In this document: one piece after another, positions 1 to 9,660 of the stretch
Position numbering within the stretch: the stretch's first letter is position 1
Layout: each line of letters starts with the position of its first letter
Assembly: GCF_000172995.2 (NCBI RefSeq)
Contig: NC_014729.1
Span: forward strand, 2,280,001 to 2,312,000
DNA: 32,000 nt
Source: Halogeometricum borinquense DSM 11551
GTDB taxonomy: Archaea > Halobacteriota > Halobacteria > Halobacteriales > Haloferacaceae
Reading direction: 5' to 3'
The notes under the pieces: model-generated
Seen by the model: the letters and a program-made list of their open reading frames with translations, nothing else
What the model was told of the DNA's origin: nothing
Databases searched by the model: none
Position numbers and translations under genes: made by a program

Positions 1-258
1 ATGAGAGACCGATTGGTGGCCGACGGTACACGCGATAGGGAGAATCGGTGCGGCCGGGTCTGCAGTAGCAAACTCGAACAGCGCCGCTTCGCCGACAGCG
101 AAGACAGCATCTGCATCGGCCACAGCGGCGTCAGGATCAACTGCACCGTCGTCACTCCTGTTGGCGACGACGCCACCGGCGGCGGCCACGGATTCGGCGA
201 CTGCGTTCGCGTCGTCACCGTCGCCACGGACGACGATGACGGGTGCGTCGCCGCTCAC
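1..258 (-). CDS. NAD kinase-like protein, N-terminal part (gene continues past the left edge)
   Basis: Not in the ORF track because it runs off the edge. The minus frame is open from GTG (258-256) to position 1: VSGDAPVIVVRGDGDDANAVAESVAAAGGVVANRSDDGAVDPDAAVADADAVFAVGEAALFEFATADPAAPILPIACTVGH. It is acidic with GC-rich third codon positions. The pattern resembles haloarchaeal ATP-NAD-kinase-like proteins, but the GGDGT position reads VGEAA. An in-frame stop lies upstream at about 331-333. Confidence 0.4.
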   Translation of the reverse strand, partial: MSGDAPVIVVRGDGDDANAVAESVAAAGGVVANRSDDGAVDPDAAVADADAVFAVGEAALFEFATADPAAPILPIACTVGHQSVSH

Positions 259-355
259 GGTTCGGCCTCCGGCGCACCTCTTCGAGACATCGTCCCCGGA
301 TACGCCCGGCCCAGTAAAAGACCCGGCGGTTCACCGTTGTCTGATGATTCCGTCG

Positions 356-1663
356 TCAGTACGGCCAATCTCCGGTTATCTTCATTCCCGCAGCGTGGTC
401 TTCCTCCTCCAGCGCCTCGATGATCTCCGCCTCGTCTTTGTGTTGAATCTCCATCTCATCGTCTGCGAGGTCAACGACGAGCTGTGCGAGCAGAATCGCC
501 TGTTCGCGGAGGTTCCGCACTTCCAGCTTGTCGAGGGTGTCGGCGAACGTGTGGCCCCAGCCGCGGCCGCGACCCGCTGTCTCACAAGAGATCATATAGC
601 CCGGCACACCCCACTGCGTAAACGGCCAGTGGTCGCTGTGCGGAACCAATTCGGGAACGATAGAGACGGGATGGTCGAACTGATCTCCGACCGACTCGGC
701 CGCCGCTTCGAGTGCATCGAACCCGTGGGTGTCAAACTTCAGTGTTCGGCCGAAGACGACGCCGTCGTTGTTCACGACCGCCTTGATGTGCTCCCGCTCG
801 TCGCCGAGTCGGTCAGACTCGTGCCCGGATCCGACGAGGCCGACTTCCTCTGCACCGAACGCGATGAAGCGGACGCGCGTTTCGAGTTCGTCCTCTCGTT
901 CTGCGAGGATACGGGCGAGTTCGACCACCATCGCGGTGCCCGATCCGTTGTCCCACGCACCCTCGGCAATGTCGTGTGCGTCGAGATGGCTGGTGACGAG
1001 GAGTTCGTCCTCGGTGTCGGGGCCGAGTTCGGCATGGACGTTTCCGCTTTCGGCAGGCGGCGTCTCACAGTCTACCTCGACGGTCACCGCTTCGCCTTCG
1101 AACCGGCGGGCGAGACGAGTTCCGACTTCCTTGCTGACCCCGACAGCGGGGATGTCGCCGACTGGCGATTCTTCGGTGCCGACGCTCCCGGTCGGCGGCA
1201 GACAGCCTTCGACGTGATTGGCGAAGACGAACGCTTCTGCACCCGCCTCAACAGCGTGGTAGTACTTCTCTCGGCGATGGATGAACCGCTCGTAGTGGTC
1301 CGGAACAGTCGAAGAGACCATCACTACCTTCCCCGAGAGATCCGCCTCGAAATCCTCGGGGAGACCGTATCCGAGGTCAACGAACTCACCGGACGACGCG
1401 TCGGACGGACTCCGCGGGAGAGCGATGCAGTCCTGTGTCGTCCCGTCCGTAACGACGCGACTGTCACCGCGTTCCCAGCCCTGAATCTCGAACGTATCAA
1501 TGTGGGCGTTGCGCGCACCGGCCGCTTCCAGCGCGTCGCGCGTCAACTCCATCGCCTCGCGTTCGCCGGGTGATCCGGCCATCCGGTCACCGATATCGAC
1601 GAGTGATTCGAGGTGGTCCCATCCGAAGTCGCTAGTGAACGTCTTGCCGATCCAGTCAGTCAT
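356..1663 (-). CDS. M28 family metallopeptidase (aminopeptidase)
   Basis: ORF 356..1870 trimmed to the internal ATG at 1663 (MTDWIGKTF...). M28 metal-ligand motifs are present: SHLDAHD..GAWDNGSG, FGAEEVGLVGS, NNDG, HSDHWPF. The upstream 69 codons are basic and non-halophilic. Confidence 0.85.
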   Translation of the reverse strand: MTDWIGKTFTSDFGWDHLESLVDIGDRMAGSPGEREAMELTRDALEAAGARNAHIDTFEIQGWERGDSRVVTDGTTQDCIALPRSPSDASSGEFVDLGYGLPEDFEADLSGKVVMVSSTVPDHYERFIHRREKYYHAVEAGAEAFVFANHVEGCLPPTGSVGTEESPVGDIPAVGVSKEVGTRLARRFEGEAVTVEVDCETPPAESGNVHAELGPDTEDELLVTSHLDAHDIAEGAWDNGSGTAMVVELARILAEREDELETRVRFIAFGAEEVGLVGSGHESDRLGDEREHIKAVVNNDGVVFGRTLKFDTHGFDALEAAAESVGDQFDHPVSIVPELVPHSDHWPFTQWGVPGYMISCETAGRGRGWGHTFADTLDKLEVRNLREQAILLAQLVVDLADDEMEIQHKDEAEIIEALEEEDHAAGMKITGDWPY

Positions 1664-1835
1664 GTTCTCTCCTCCTCCCGTCCGGTCACTAACCGTTTCG
1701 GTGCCCCACACCGTCCGCCGGTTTCGGACAGCGACGAGAGAACAGTACAGCGGCGGAAACCCCACTTGCGACGGTCGTGCGCCGTGACCGCCAATTCCGG
1801 CACCTTCATACATCTTTTGTAACGTACGTTCATGC

Positions 1836-3002
1836 ATGAGCGACGTTCGAATCGCTGGCGTCGGCCTCACTCCCTTCGGCGAGCAACCGGAGCGGACGGG
1901 TCGTGATCTGTTCGCGGAAGCCGCACTCGCGGCCCGTGAGGAAGCTGGCGTGCCACGTGACGCGTACGAGGGGGTCCACTACGGGAACTTCATGGGTGCC
2001 TTCGCGGAGCGCCAGGGTCATCAGGGACCGTTGATGGCCGAAGCGGCCGGACTCGACTGTCCCGCGATGCGCCACGAATCGGCGTGTGCCTCCGCCGGTA
2101 TCGCCGTCAGACAGGCCGTGCGGTCGATCCGCGCGGGCGAACACGACGTTCTCCTTGCGGGCGGGATGGAGCGCATGACGAACCTCTCGACGTCGAGAGT
2201 GACCGAATCGCTCGCCATCGCCGCCGACGAACTGTTCGAGGTACGCTCGGGGATGAATTTCCCCGGCGCGTACGCCCTCATGGCTCGCGCGTACTTCGAG
2301 GAGTACGGCGGGTCGCGCGAGGATTTAGCGCACATCGCCGTGAAGAACCACGCGAACGCCGTCCCGAACGAATACGCACAGTATCGCCGCGAGATAACCG
2401 TCGAACAGGCGATGGAGAGCCTGCCGGTCGCCACGCCGCTTCACCTGTTCGACGCCTGTCCCATCACCGACGGCGCGAGCGCAGTCGTCCTCGTCAGCGA
2501 CGAGTACGCGGAGGAGCACGGACTGGAGGCTCCCGTTTCGATCACCGGAAGCGGGCAGGGCGGTGACAACCTCGCGCTCCAAGACCGTGACGCGTTCTCG
2601 CGGACGCCCGCGGCCGAGAAAGCAGCGACAGCAGCCTACGAGGACGCCGGAATCGGCCCGGACGACGTTGATGTGGCGGAAGTCCACGACTGCTTTACTA
2701 TCGCGGAAGTACTCGCTCTCGAATCGCTCGGCCTGTTCGACCACGGAGAGGCAATCACCGCGGCCCGCGAGGGGAAAACCACCCGCGACGGGTCGCTTCC
2801 GGTGAACCTCTCGGGCGGCCTGAAGGCGAAAGGCCACCCTGTCGGGGCGACGGGCGGCGCACAGGTTGTCGAGATGACGAAACTGCTCCGCGGCGACCAC
2901 GCCAACAGCGACGCCCTGTCGGACCCGCGTGTCGGCGTCACCCACAACGCGGGTGGGACTGTCGCCAGTGCTGTCGTCCACGTGCTGGAGGTGGTTGAAT
3001 GA
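1836..3002 (+). CDS. Thiolase (acetyl-CoA acetyltransferase / SCP2-type, archaeal)
   Basis: 388 aa, starting MSDVRIAGVGLTPFG. Active-site Cys context ESACASAG, C-terminal GHPVGATG and HNAGG. The stop overlaps the next gene's start (ATGA at 2999-3002). Confidence 0.9.
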   Translation: MSDVRIAGVGLTPFGEQPERTGRDLFAEAALAAREEAGVPRDAYEGVHYGNFMGAFAERQGHQGPLMAEAAGLDCPAMRHESACASAGIAVRQAVRSIRAGEHDVLLAGGMERMTNLSTSRVTESLAIAADELFEVRSGMNFPGAYALMARAYFEEYGGSREDLAHIAVKNHANAVPNEYAQYRREITVEQAMESLPVATPLHLFDACPITDGASAVVLVSDEYAEEHGLEAPVSITGSGQGGDNLALQDRDAFSRTPAAEKAATAAYEDAGIGPDDVDVAEVHDCFTIAEVLALESLGLFDHGEAITAAREGKTTRDGSLPVNLSGGLKAKGHPVGATGGAQVVEMTKLLRGDHANSDALSDPRVGVTHNAGGTVASAVVHVLEVVE

Positions 3003-3382
3003 CCGACGGTGGCTACGACGAGTGGCTTGCGGCCATCGGCGACGGTGAGGGCTACTATCTGGCCTGTCCGGACGGACACGGGTCGCTCCCGCCGCGCCGG
3101 ACGTGTCCCCACTGCGGAGCGATGGAACTGGAGAAAACGCCACTCCCCGAGTCGGGTACCGTCGAAACGTTCTCGGAGATTCACGTTGCCGGACCGGACT
3201 TCGCCAGTCAGACGCCGTACGTCACAGCCATCGCGTCGTTCGATGCAGTTCGCCTCACAGGCGTTCTGCGCGGCGTGCTGGACGAGGACGGCCCTGACCC
3301 ATCGGTTGGCATGTCCGTGGAAGTCCACACCGCAGAGAACCCGGACACGGGCGATACGATGGTCGTGTTCCGGCCGCGGTAA
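2999..3382 (+). CDS. DUF35 OB-fold/Zn-ribbon protein (thiolase-associated scaffold)
   Basis: 127 aa with a Zn-ribbon-like CPDGHG...CPHCG followed by an OB-fold-like segment. It is translationally coupled to the thiolase, which is the typical archaeal thiolase/DUF35 pairing. Confidence 0.85.
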   Translation: MTDGGYDEWLAAIGDGEGYYLACPDGHGSLPPRRTCPHCGAMELEKTPLPESGTVETFSEIHVAGPDFASQTPYVTAIASFDAVRLTGVLRGVLDEDGPDPSVGMSVEVHTAENPDTGDTMVVFRPR

Positions 3383-3418
3383 GAAAGCAAGCGGAACGCG
3401 GGGACTGTCTGGCGACCC

Positions 3419-4342
3419 TTACGCGGGGATTCCCACATCCTCTCTGACTGTCGAGAGGAACTGTTCTGGGAACTCGACGTGCGGCAAGAGCTTCGTGTCG
3501 TCGAAGACGACGAGTTTACAGTCAGCCGCTTCCGCGAGTTCGCGTCCGCGCTTCAGCGGGACGAGATCCGAGTCGCGGCCCCACACCAACGTTACGGGCA
3601 CGTCCACATCCGCGAGTTCGGTTTCGAGATCGATATCTTCGTTGAGGTAGCCGCTGATGAACGACGCCGGAGCGAAGCGGGCGTTCTGTTGGTGGGCCGT
3701 CCGCCACTCGTAGTCGATCCACTCATCGGACACCCGACTCGGATCGGCGTAGCCGTGGTCAGCGTTGAAGTACCGGATCGACGGCTTCGACCCGATGAGG
3801 TTGAATACGGCTTCACCGATAACGGGCGCGCGGATGAGTTCTCGAAGCCACTCTTTCGGTTCCGGGCCGCCGCGTTCGGATGGGCAGACGAGAATCAGCC
3901 GTGACACGTCCGGATCGGCGGCGATGAGATACGAAGCGGTGAGCGACGAGGCCACGACCGCCGGGTCGTCGAACTCGGCAACGAACTCCCCGATAAAATC
4001 CTCGTACAGTGCGGCGGAGTAGCGCAACGGCGGCCGGTCAGACATTCCGAATCCCGGAAGGTCCGGAGCGATGACGTGGTAATCCTCGGCGAGTTCGTCG
4101 AACACCTCGCGGAACTCGCCGTTGGATGCGGCAGCGTTGACACCGTGCAGGAGAAGCAAGTTCGGATCGTCCTCATCGCCCGCCTCAGTGTAGTGTACGT
4201 CCATGCCGCGCCAGCGATACGTGTGCTGTTCGCCCGACAGCGCAGGTTCAAGCGGCGGCGTCCGACGCGACAGAACGGCGTTCGCGGCAGCAAGAAGGCC
4301 GGTCCCAGCGACGACTCCACCAACGACGTTTCGCAACTTCAT
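3419..4342 (-). CDS. Alpha/beta-fold hydrolase with N-terminal hydrophobic segment
   Basis: 307 aa with the LLLHGVNAA..., DLPGFGMSD pattern. The nucleophile elbow reads ASSLT rather than GxSxG. The N-terminal segment VVGGVVAGTGLLAAANAVL is hydrophobic. Confidence 0.8.
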   Translation of the reverse strand: MKLRNVVGGVVAGTGLLAAANAVLSRRTPPLEPALSGEQHTYRWRGMDVHYTEAGDEDDPNLLLLHGVNAAASNGEFREVFDELAEDYHVIAPDLPGFGMSDRPPLRYSAALYEDFIGEFVAEFDDPAVVASSLTASYLIAADPDVSRLILVCPSERGGPEPKEWLRELIRAPVIGEAVFNLIGSKPSIRYFNADHGYADPSRVSDEWIDYEWRTAHQQNARFAPASFISGYLNEDIDLETELADVDVPVTLVWGRDSDLVPLKRGRELAEAADCKLVVFDDTKLLPHVEFPEQFLSTVREDVGIPA

Positions 4343-4422
4343 GGCGGAAGAAGGTGCGCGAGGATATTATACCCTGCTGGGAGTTTCGCCTGCCAGTTAC
4401 GACCGACGTTCTGACCGACGGC

Positions 4423-5547
4423 TCACTCGTCGCGGTGCGATGTGACGCAGTCACGCAGCGGTTCGATAACCTCGCTGGCGACGGCGTAGGGATCCGTCTC
4501 CCGATCTGCAACGGCGGCCGCCAGCGATTCGACGCCGCCGTGCCTGTCGAGTTCCTCCTTGAGTAACTCGTTCGCGTCGTTCCGGAGGAGTTGCCGAATC
4601 TCCTCTGCGTACCGCGTTCGGGCTTTCTGCTCGCGCATCCCCGACTCGGTGAGGAACTCGGCGTGTGCGCCGAGCGTCTCGACGAGTTCGTCCACGCCGT
4701 CGCCGGTGGTCGCCACCGTCTCCACGATGGCCGGTTTCCACTCGGGGTCGTCGTCGGCCGCGTCATCCGGTTCGTCTGCATCCGTCCCGTTCGCCTGTCC
4801 GTTTGCTTCGGAAACACCCGCTGGAAGGCTCGTATCGACGCCGTGGTGGCCCGTGTCGAGCTTTGCGCCGGGGTTGTCCCGGAGATGAATCATCTCCTCT
4901 AACTCCGCGACGGTCCGGTTGACGCCGTCCATGTCGGCTTTGTTGACGACGAACACATCACCGATTTCGAGGATACCGGCCTTCAGCATCTGCACGTCGT
5001 CGCCGCTTCCGGGCTGGACGAGGACGGTAACGGTATCGGCGGTGCGGACGATGTCAACTTCGTTCTGACCTGCGCCGACCGTCTCGACGATAATCTTGTC
5101 CTTGCCGAACGCGTCGAGTGCCTTCACCGCGTCAGAAGTCGCCGTCGAGAGGCCGCCGAGTTGGCCGCGGGCACTCATCGACCGGAAGAACACGTCCATG
5201 TCGCCGACGTTCGACGCCATGCGGATTCGGTCGCCGAGGACGGCCCCGCCGGTGTACGGTGAGGAGGGGTCAACGCCGATGACGCCGACGGTCAGCCCGT
5301 CGTCGCGGTACGCTTTCGCCAGTTTGTCCACGAGCGTTGATTTGCCCGCACCGGGACTGCCCGTGATTCCGATAACGTCGGCATCGCCGGTGTGCGCGTG
5401 GAGCCGAGAGACGAGGTCGCGGTAGCCCGGACTCCGATTCTCTATCTTCGTGATCGCTCGCGCGAGAGCGCGGTGTTTCCCCGACAACAGGTCGGAGACG
5501 AGTTCATCGTTGCGCGCCTCGCGCGTCGTGTCTTCGGCGTGGCTCAT
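4423..5547 (-). CDS. meaB: Methylmalonyl-CoA mutase-associated GTPase MeaB (ArgK family)
   Basis: 374 aa. P-loop GSPGAGKSTLVDKL, NKADM G4 motif, acidic insert. The start overlaps the stop of the upstream B12-subunit gene at 5547. Confidence 0.9.
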   Translation of the reverse strand: MSHAEDTTREARNDELVSDLLSGKHRALARAITKIENRSPGYRDLVSRLHAHTGDADVIGITGSPGAGKSTLVDKLAKAYRDDGLTVGVIGVDPSSPYTGGAVLGDRIRMASNVGDMDVFFRSMSARGQLGGLSTATSDAVKALDAFGKDKIIVETVGAGQNEVDIVRTADTVTVLVQPGSGDDVQMLKAGILEIGDVFVVNKADMDGVNRTVAELEEMIHLRDNPGAKLDTGHHGVDTSLPAGVSEANGQANGTDADEPDDAADDDPEWKPAIVETVATTGDGVDELVETLGAHAEFLTESGMREQKARTRYAEEIRQLLRNDANELLKEELDRHGGVESLAAAVADRETDPYAVASEVIEPLRDCVTSHRDE

Positions 5548-5984
5548 CAGTCGCGCTGGGGGGCGTTTTCGCGGACGAATTCGATGGTCTCCTGCATCGG
5601 CGTGCCGGGACCGAACACCTCAGAGACGCCCATCTCCTTGAGTTCCGGTCGGTCCTCGTCGGGGACGATACCGCCCACGAGGATCAGCGTATCCTCGAAA
5701 GCGTCGTACTCTTTCAGGCCGTCGATGATTTTCGGGACGAGCGTATTGTGCGCCCCCGAGAGGATAGAGATGCCCAGCACGTCAACGTCCTCTTGGACGG
5801 CCGCCTGTACAATTTCCTCGGGCGCACGATGGAGTCCCGAATAGATAACCTCGAACCCCGCGTCTCGGAAGGCACGGGCGATAACGTGCGCTCCCCGGTC
5901 GTGACCGTCCAGTCCGACCTTGGCGATGAGACAACGGATTGTCCGCTGTTGCTGTCCGCGTTCCGTGTCGGCACTCATACCCAT
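5547..5984 (-). CDS. Methylmalonyl-CoA mutase, cobalamin-binding small subunit
   Basis: 145 aa with the B12-binding DxHxxG motif (GLDGHDRGAHV) and SGLH...GISILSGAH. The start could be 5984 or 5978. Confidence 0.9.
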   Translation of the reverse strand: MGMSADTERGQQQRTIRCLIAKVGLDGHDRGAHVIARAFRDAGFEVIYSGLHRAPEEIVQAAVQEDVDVLGISILSGAHNTLVPKIIDGLKEYDAFEDTLILVGGIVPDEDRPELKEMGVSEVFGPGTPMQETIEFVRENAPQRD

Positions 5985-6020
5985 TCGTTCGCCGCGGCGT
6001 GGTTTGACTCTAACGGAAGT

Positions 6021-7241
6021 TCAGGACAGTTCAACAATCGGGGACGAGTCGTCGGCGTGGGTGTAGACGCCGTAGGCGGAACCGGTGGGACCGCTCGCTG
6101 GCACAGGAACGACGGTAAGCTGAAACGCCTCGAACGCTCCCGAGGAAGTCTTACGCTCGACTACCGCTGTGCTGGGGCTTTCAGCACGTAACTGGTCAGA
6201 GAACAGACGGCGTTCGGCGTTCGTCGGAAACACTTCTTCGACGAAGACACTGACGTGGTTGCACTGCTTGGGAAATATCCGCTCGTAGGCGTGATTGGTC
6301 TCACAGCGAACTCGGTCGCCGGGTGCGGTCACTTCCTCGACTGATACGACCGGAACGGGATGGCTGTCAAAGAAGGCGCGGAGTCGGTCACGCTCCTGTC
6401 TGAGCGCCGCCTCCCGGTCGAGTCGAGAGAGCGCCTCAGCGGTATAATCAGCGAGGATTTCGAGGAACTCAGCGTCTCGTTCGTCGAACGCGTTGGGACT
6501 GTTGGAGACGACCTGTATCACCCCGTACGGCCCGAACGGGACGCTCACCGTCGAGCGTCGTGCCTCCGAAAAGAGCGTGTCGTCGTCCAGCGCAATGTCA
6601 TCGACCAGTTGCGTCTTTCCTGTGCGATACGTCCGACCGGCGATGCCTTCGCTGACGTGACAGCTCCGGTAGTCGTCCGGCGCAAGCGTCGAAGCCCGAG
6701 GAACGATTCTATCGTCCTCGACGAGCGCCACGGTACAGAATGTAAACGCAAGGGCATCGACGGCGGCGGCAAGCGTCTCCTCACACACCTCAGAGACGGA
6801 CTCACAACCAGTGATGGCGCTAGCGTGCTCACTCAACGCGGTGAGTTTCGCGTTCGCCTCGACCAGTTCGCTCTCCCGTTGGTCTGCTGCGATAGCGGCT
6901 GAGAGACAGTTAAGAAGACGCTCGACGCCCTCGTCCGGTTCGATCACCTTCTCGACGCCGTCGGCACGGCCTTCGCCGTAGACGACGACTGGAACGCCGT
7001 TGCTGGCTTCGACGAGCAACTCGACCAGTTCGTCGTCATCGGACAGTACCAACGCACAGTCGATAGTCGGTCCGAGTTCGTGGACGTACTCTCCTGCGGA
7101 CTGTCCTCTTCGTACGGTGACTTGTGAGCCGAGTGTCTTTTCAATCGGTCCCACAATCTCGGGGTAGCCGCCGCCTGCAGACGAATCTGGGAGAACAACG
7201 AGTACACAGCACCATTCCTTCCCACGTGACATGTCTGTCAA
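6021..7241 (-). CDS. Sensor-type protein: receiver-like N-terminus, GAF domain, PAS-like C-terminus, no output domain
   Basis: 406 aa. The N-terminal part (VLVVLPD...CALVLSDDDELVELL...VVVYGEG) is receiver-like. The central part (FTFCTVALVEDDRIVP...GIAGRTYRTGKTQLVDD...VSVPFGPYGVIQVVS) is GAF-like. A coiled linker is followed by a PAS-like tail. The domain calls come from pattern recognition only. Confidence 0.6.
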   Translation of the reverse strand: MTDMSRGKEWCCVLVVLPDSSAGGGYPEIVGPIEKTLGSQVTVRRGQSAGEYVHELGPTIDCALVLSDDDELVELLVEASNGVPVVVYGEGRADGVEKVIEPDEGVERLLNCLSAAIAADQRESELVEANAKLTALSEHASAITGCESVSEVCEETLAAAVDALAFTFCTVALVEDDRIVPRASTLAPDDYRSCHVSEGIAGRTYRTGKTQLVDDIALDDDTLFSEARRSTVSVPFGPYGVIQVVSNSPNAFDERDAEFLEILADYTAEALSRLDREAALRQERDRLRAFFDSHPVPVVSVEEVTAPGDRVRCETNHAYERIFPKQCNHVSVFVEEVFPTNAERRLFSDQLRAESPSTAVVERKTSSGAFEAFQLTVVPVPASGPTGSAYGVYTHADDSSPIVELS

Positions 7242-7309
7242 GCATACTCTACGCCGGTACTAAGTCGTTTCTCTCGTCACAACAAAACGCGACGGTTGGG
7301 AGTCGGGTT

Positions 7310-9115
7310 CTAGACGTGTTCGTCGAGGAACTCGACGATGGCCTCGTACGCTTCGATTCGATTCTCCAGTTTGGTGAAGCCGTGGCCCTCGTCTTCGAAG
7401 ATGAGTTCGCGGACGGGGACGTGTTCGCCCGCCTTCTCGACGATCTGATGTGCCTCGCTCACGGGGACGCGCGGGTCGTTTTCGCCGTGGAGGACGAACA
7501 ACGGCGCGCGAATCTTCTCGATGTTGTTGATCGGCGAGATGGATTCGAGGAACTCGCGGTCGTCTTCGAGTGAGCCGTACTCCGCCTCGCGGAGTTCGCG
7601 CCGCCAGTCGCCCGTGTTTTCCAAGAACGTCACGAAGTTAGCGATGCCGACGGTGTCGATGCCGGCGGCCCAGAGATCCGGATACTCCGTCATCGACGCC
7701 AGCACCATGAAGCCGCCGTAGGAACCACCCATGGCGACGATTCGGTCCGGGTCCACCGCCGGATGGTCGTGCAACCACTCGACGGCCGCTTCGATGTCCG
7801 CTACCGAATCCATCCGGTTCTCTACGTCGTCTAAGTGGCCGTACGCCTTCCCGTACCCTGCCGACCCTCGCACGTTCGGTTCGAAGACCGCGTAGCCGTT
7901 GGCGAGGAAGTACTGCTTGACCGCGTTGAATGACGGGCGGCGTTGCGATTCGGGACCGCCGTGGATGTCCACGATAACCGGCGTATCCCCCTCACCCGCG
8001 TCGTCGTCAGGCAGCGAGAAGAACGCCGGAATCTCTCGGCCGTCGAACGTCGGGTAGTGAACGAGTTCGGGTTCGACGAACGTATCCCGCGGGATGCCCG
8101 CGGTGGCCGCGTGCGTCCACTGCGTGACCTCGCCAGTCTTCGCGTCTACGACGTAGACGTTCGCCGTATCTGAGCTTCTGGAGACGGTGACGGCGAATCG
8201 GTCGCCGTCGGGCGAAAAGGAGACCCCGCCCGCGACGCCGCGCGGCAAGTCCGGAACAGCGTACTCGTCGATGCGATCCGGGGCAGTCAGTTCACCGACG
8301 GTGAGTTCGGTGTAGCCGTCCACGTTCGTTGAGTAGACGATGCGCCGGGAGTCGTGATCCACAGCCACGCCGTCGATCTCCCACTCGTCGTCTTCAGCCA
8401 CGAGCGAAAACTCGCCGGACTCGACGTTCACGCGCCAGAGGTCGAGCGTATCGCTGTCGCGGTCGGAGACGAGATAGACGTTCTCACCGTCCGGACCCCA
8501 CTCTGCGCTCTGGAACCGAACCGTCCCCTCGTGCGGCGTCAGATGCGTCAGTTCTCCGGTCTCTACGTCGAGCACTGACACGTCCTGATCGAAGTTCGAG
8601 TACGCCTCCGAGACGACGAGCATGGAGTCGTCCGGCGACCATCCGCCGACTGTCAGCCAGCCGTCGCCCTCGTGGACCATCTCCGCCGCGTCGCCCGTCT
8701 CGTCTCGGCCCTGCACGTACACGTCAAACACCGCCTCGTCGCGGCGGTTCGAGGTGAACGCAAACCGGTCGCCGTCGTTACTCCATCCGCCCCAGCGGTG
8801 TTTTGCGTCCGGCATCTCGGTGAGATTGCTGATACCACCGGAAATGGGGTCGTAGCGGAGGAGTTGCTGACGTTCGTTGCCGCCTTCGTCCATTCCGAAG
8901 ACGAGTTCGGGGTTCTCGGGCGACCATGACGCGAACGTGACGCGCTCGTCGTAGAACGTTCGTTGTTCGGGCCACGCCGCCGGACCGTCCAGCGTCCACA
9001 CTTGCGGGACGCCTGTCGTATCCATGAGAAAGGAGAGTCGCTCCCCATCAGGGCCGAAGGAGGCACCGTATGCGCTACGGATGTTCAGGTATCGCTCGAT
9101 GTCGTGTGTCGTCAT
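7310..9115 (-). CDS. S9 family serine peptidase (prolyl oligopeptidase / acylaminoacyl-peptidase type)
   Basis: ORF 7310..9247 trimmed to the ATG at 9115 (MTTHDIERYLN). N-terminal beta-propeller-like repeats, then the catalytic triad context GGSYGG (Ser), HGENDPRV (Asp), EDEGHGF (His). Confidence 0.9.
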   Translation of the reverse strand: MTTHDIERYLNIRSAYGASFGPDGERLSFLMDTTGVPQVWTLDGPAAWPEQRTFYDERVTFASWSPENPELVFGMDEGGNERQQLLRYDPISGGISNLTEMPDAKHRWGGWSNDGDRFAFTSNRRDEAVFDVYVQGRDETGDAAEMVHEGDGWLTVGGWSPDDSMLVVSEAYSNFDQDVSVLDVETGELTHLTPHEGTVRFQSAEWGPDGENVYLVSDRDSDTLDLWRVNVESGEFSLVAEDDEWEIDGVAVDHDSRRIVYSTNVDGYTELTVGELTAPDRIDEYAVPDLPRGVAGGVSFSPDGDRFAVTVSRSSDTANVYVVDAKTGEVTQWTHAATAGIPRDTFVEPELVHYPTFDGREIPAFFSLPDDDAGEGDTPVIVDIHGGPESQRRPSFNAVKQYFLANGYAVFEPNVRGSAGYGKAYGHLDDVENRMDSVADIEAAVEWLHDHPAVDPDRIVAMGGSYGGFMVLASMTEYPDLWAAGIDTVGIANFVTFLENTGDWRRELREAEYGSLEDDREFLESISPINNIEKIRAPLFVLHGENDPRVPVSEAHQIVEKAGEHVPVRELIFEDEGHGFTKLENRIEAYEAIVEFLDEHV

Positions 9116-9278
9116 AGAATCGAGTTCCGCCGGAAGTACCGTAATGGTTCGTGTGGCGGAAGGAACGCACTCTGGAGGGAAGGTGACCAAAACAGTCGCT
9201 GTCGACCGTGCGATGCGACTCACGGTCGTTCGTCGAAGTCGCACCAAAAGGGGGGTGTTGGAGCGTGAAAACCGGAGC

Positions 9279-9542
9279 TTAGAGCATCCCTTCAGCCTTC
9301 AGCCCCTCGATAACGTCGTCAACGAGGCTTTCGGCGTCGTCGTACGGGAACTCTTGGTGGGAGCCGAGTTTCGCTGCCATCTCCATCGCCGTGAAACTCA
9401 CTTCGCCGTCGCCAGCCTCGAAACGCGTGCCCGGACCGTTGGGAAGCGCGGGAACGAGGTCCATCTGGTTCTTGACGGGGAATTCTGCGTCACTGAACGC
9501 CTCGGTAAACTGCTCGCGGAGTTCCGCCTCTGCGTCTGCCAT
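9279..9542 (-). CDS. MTH865-like family small protein
   Basis: ORF trimmed to the ATG at 9542 (MADAEAELREQFTEAFSDAEFPVKNQMDLVPALPNGPGTRFEAGD...). It matches my recollection of the conserved archaeal MTH865-like family. Confidence 0.7.
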   Translation of the reverse strand: MADAEAELREQFTEAFSDAEFPVKNQMDLVPALPNGPGTRFEAGDGEVSFTAMEMAAKLGSHQEFPYDDAESLVDDVIEGLKAEGML

Positions 9543-9660
9543 GCCACTCAATGCACAGAAACACGGCAAAAACGTTCCGGAACCACGATGAACTGGTTGT
9601 CAGTTTCCCACGGCCCCCGAGATAGGAGTGTTTTAGTCTCGACTGGCAAAAAATGTCACT

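Noticed and set aside
161-1573. 470-aa ORF on the plus strand
   Set aside because: It is entirely antisense to the well-supported M28 peptidase gene. Its composition is Arg/Ala/Val-rich and non-acidic, typical of the shadow ORFs that arise in GC-rich DNA.
1664-1870. N-terminal extension of the M28 ORF (69 codons). Analogous extensions occur at 9116..9247 (S9 peptidase), 13563..13751 (DUF420), 9543..9569 (MTH865) and 20578..20643 (wHTH regulator).
   Set aside because: The extensions are basic or Cys-rich and unlike the rest of each protein. Internal ATGs give N-termini that look like the families' usual starts and restore normal intergenic spacers.
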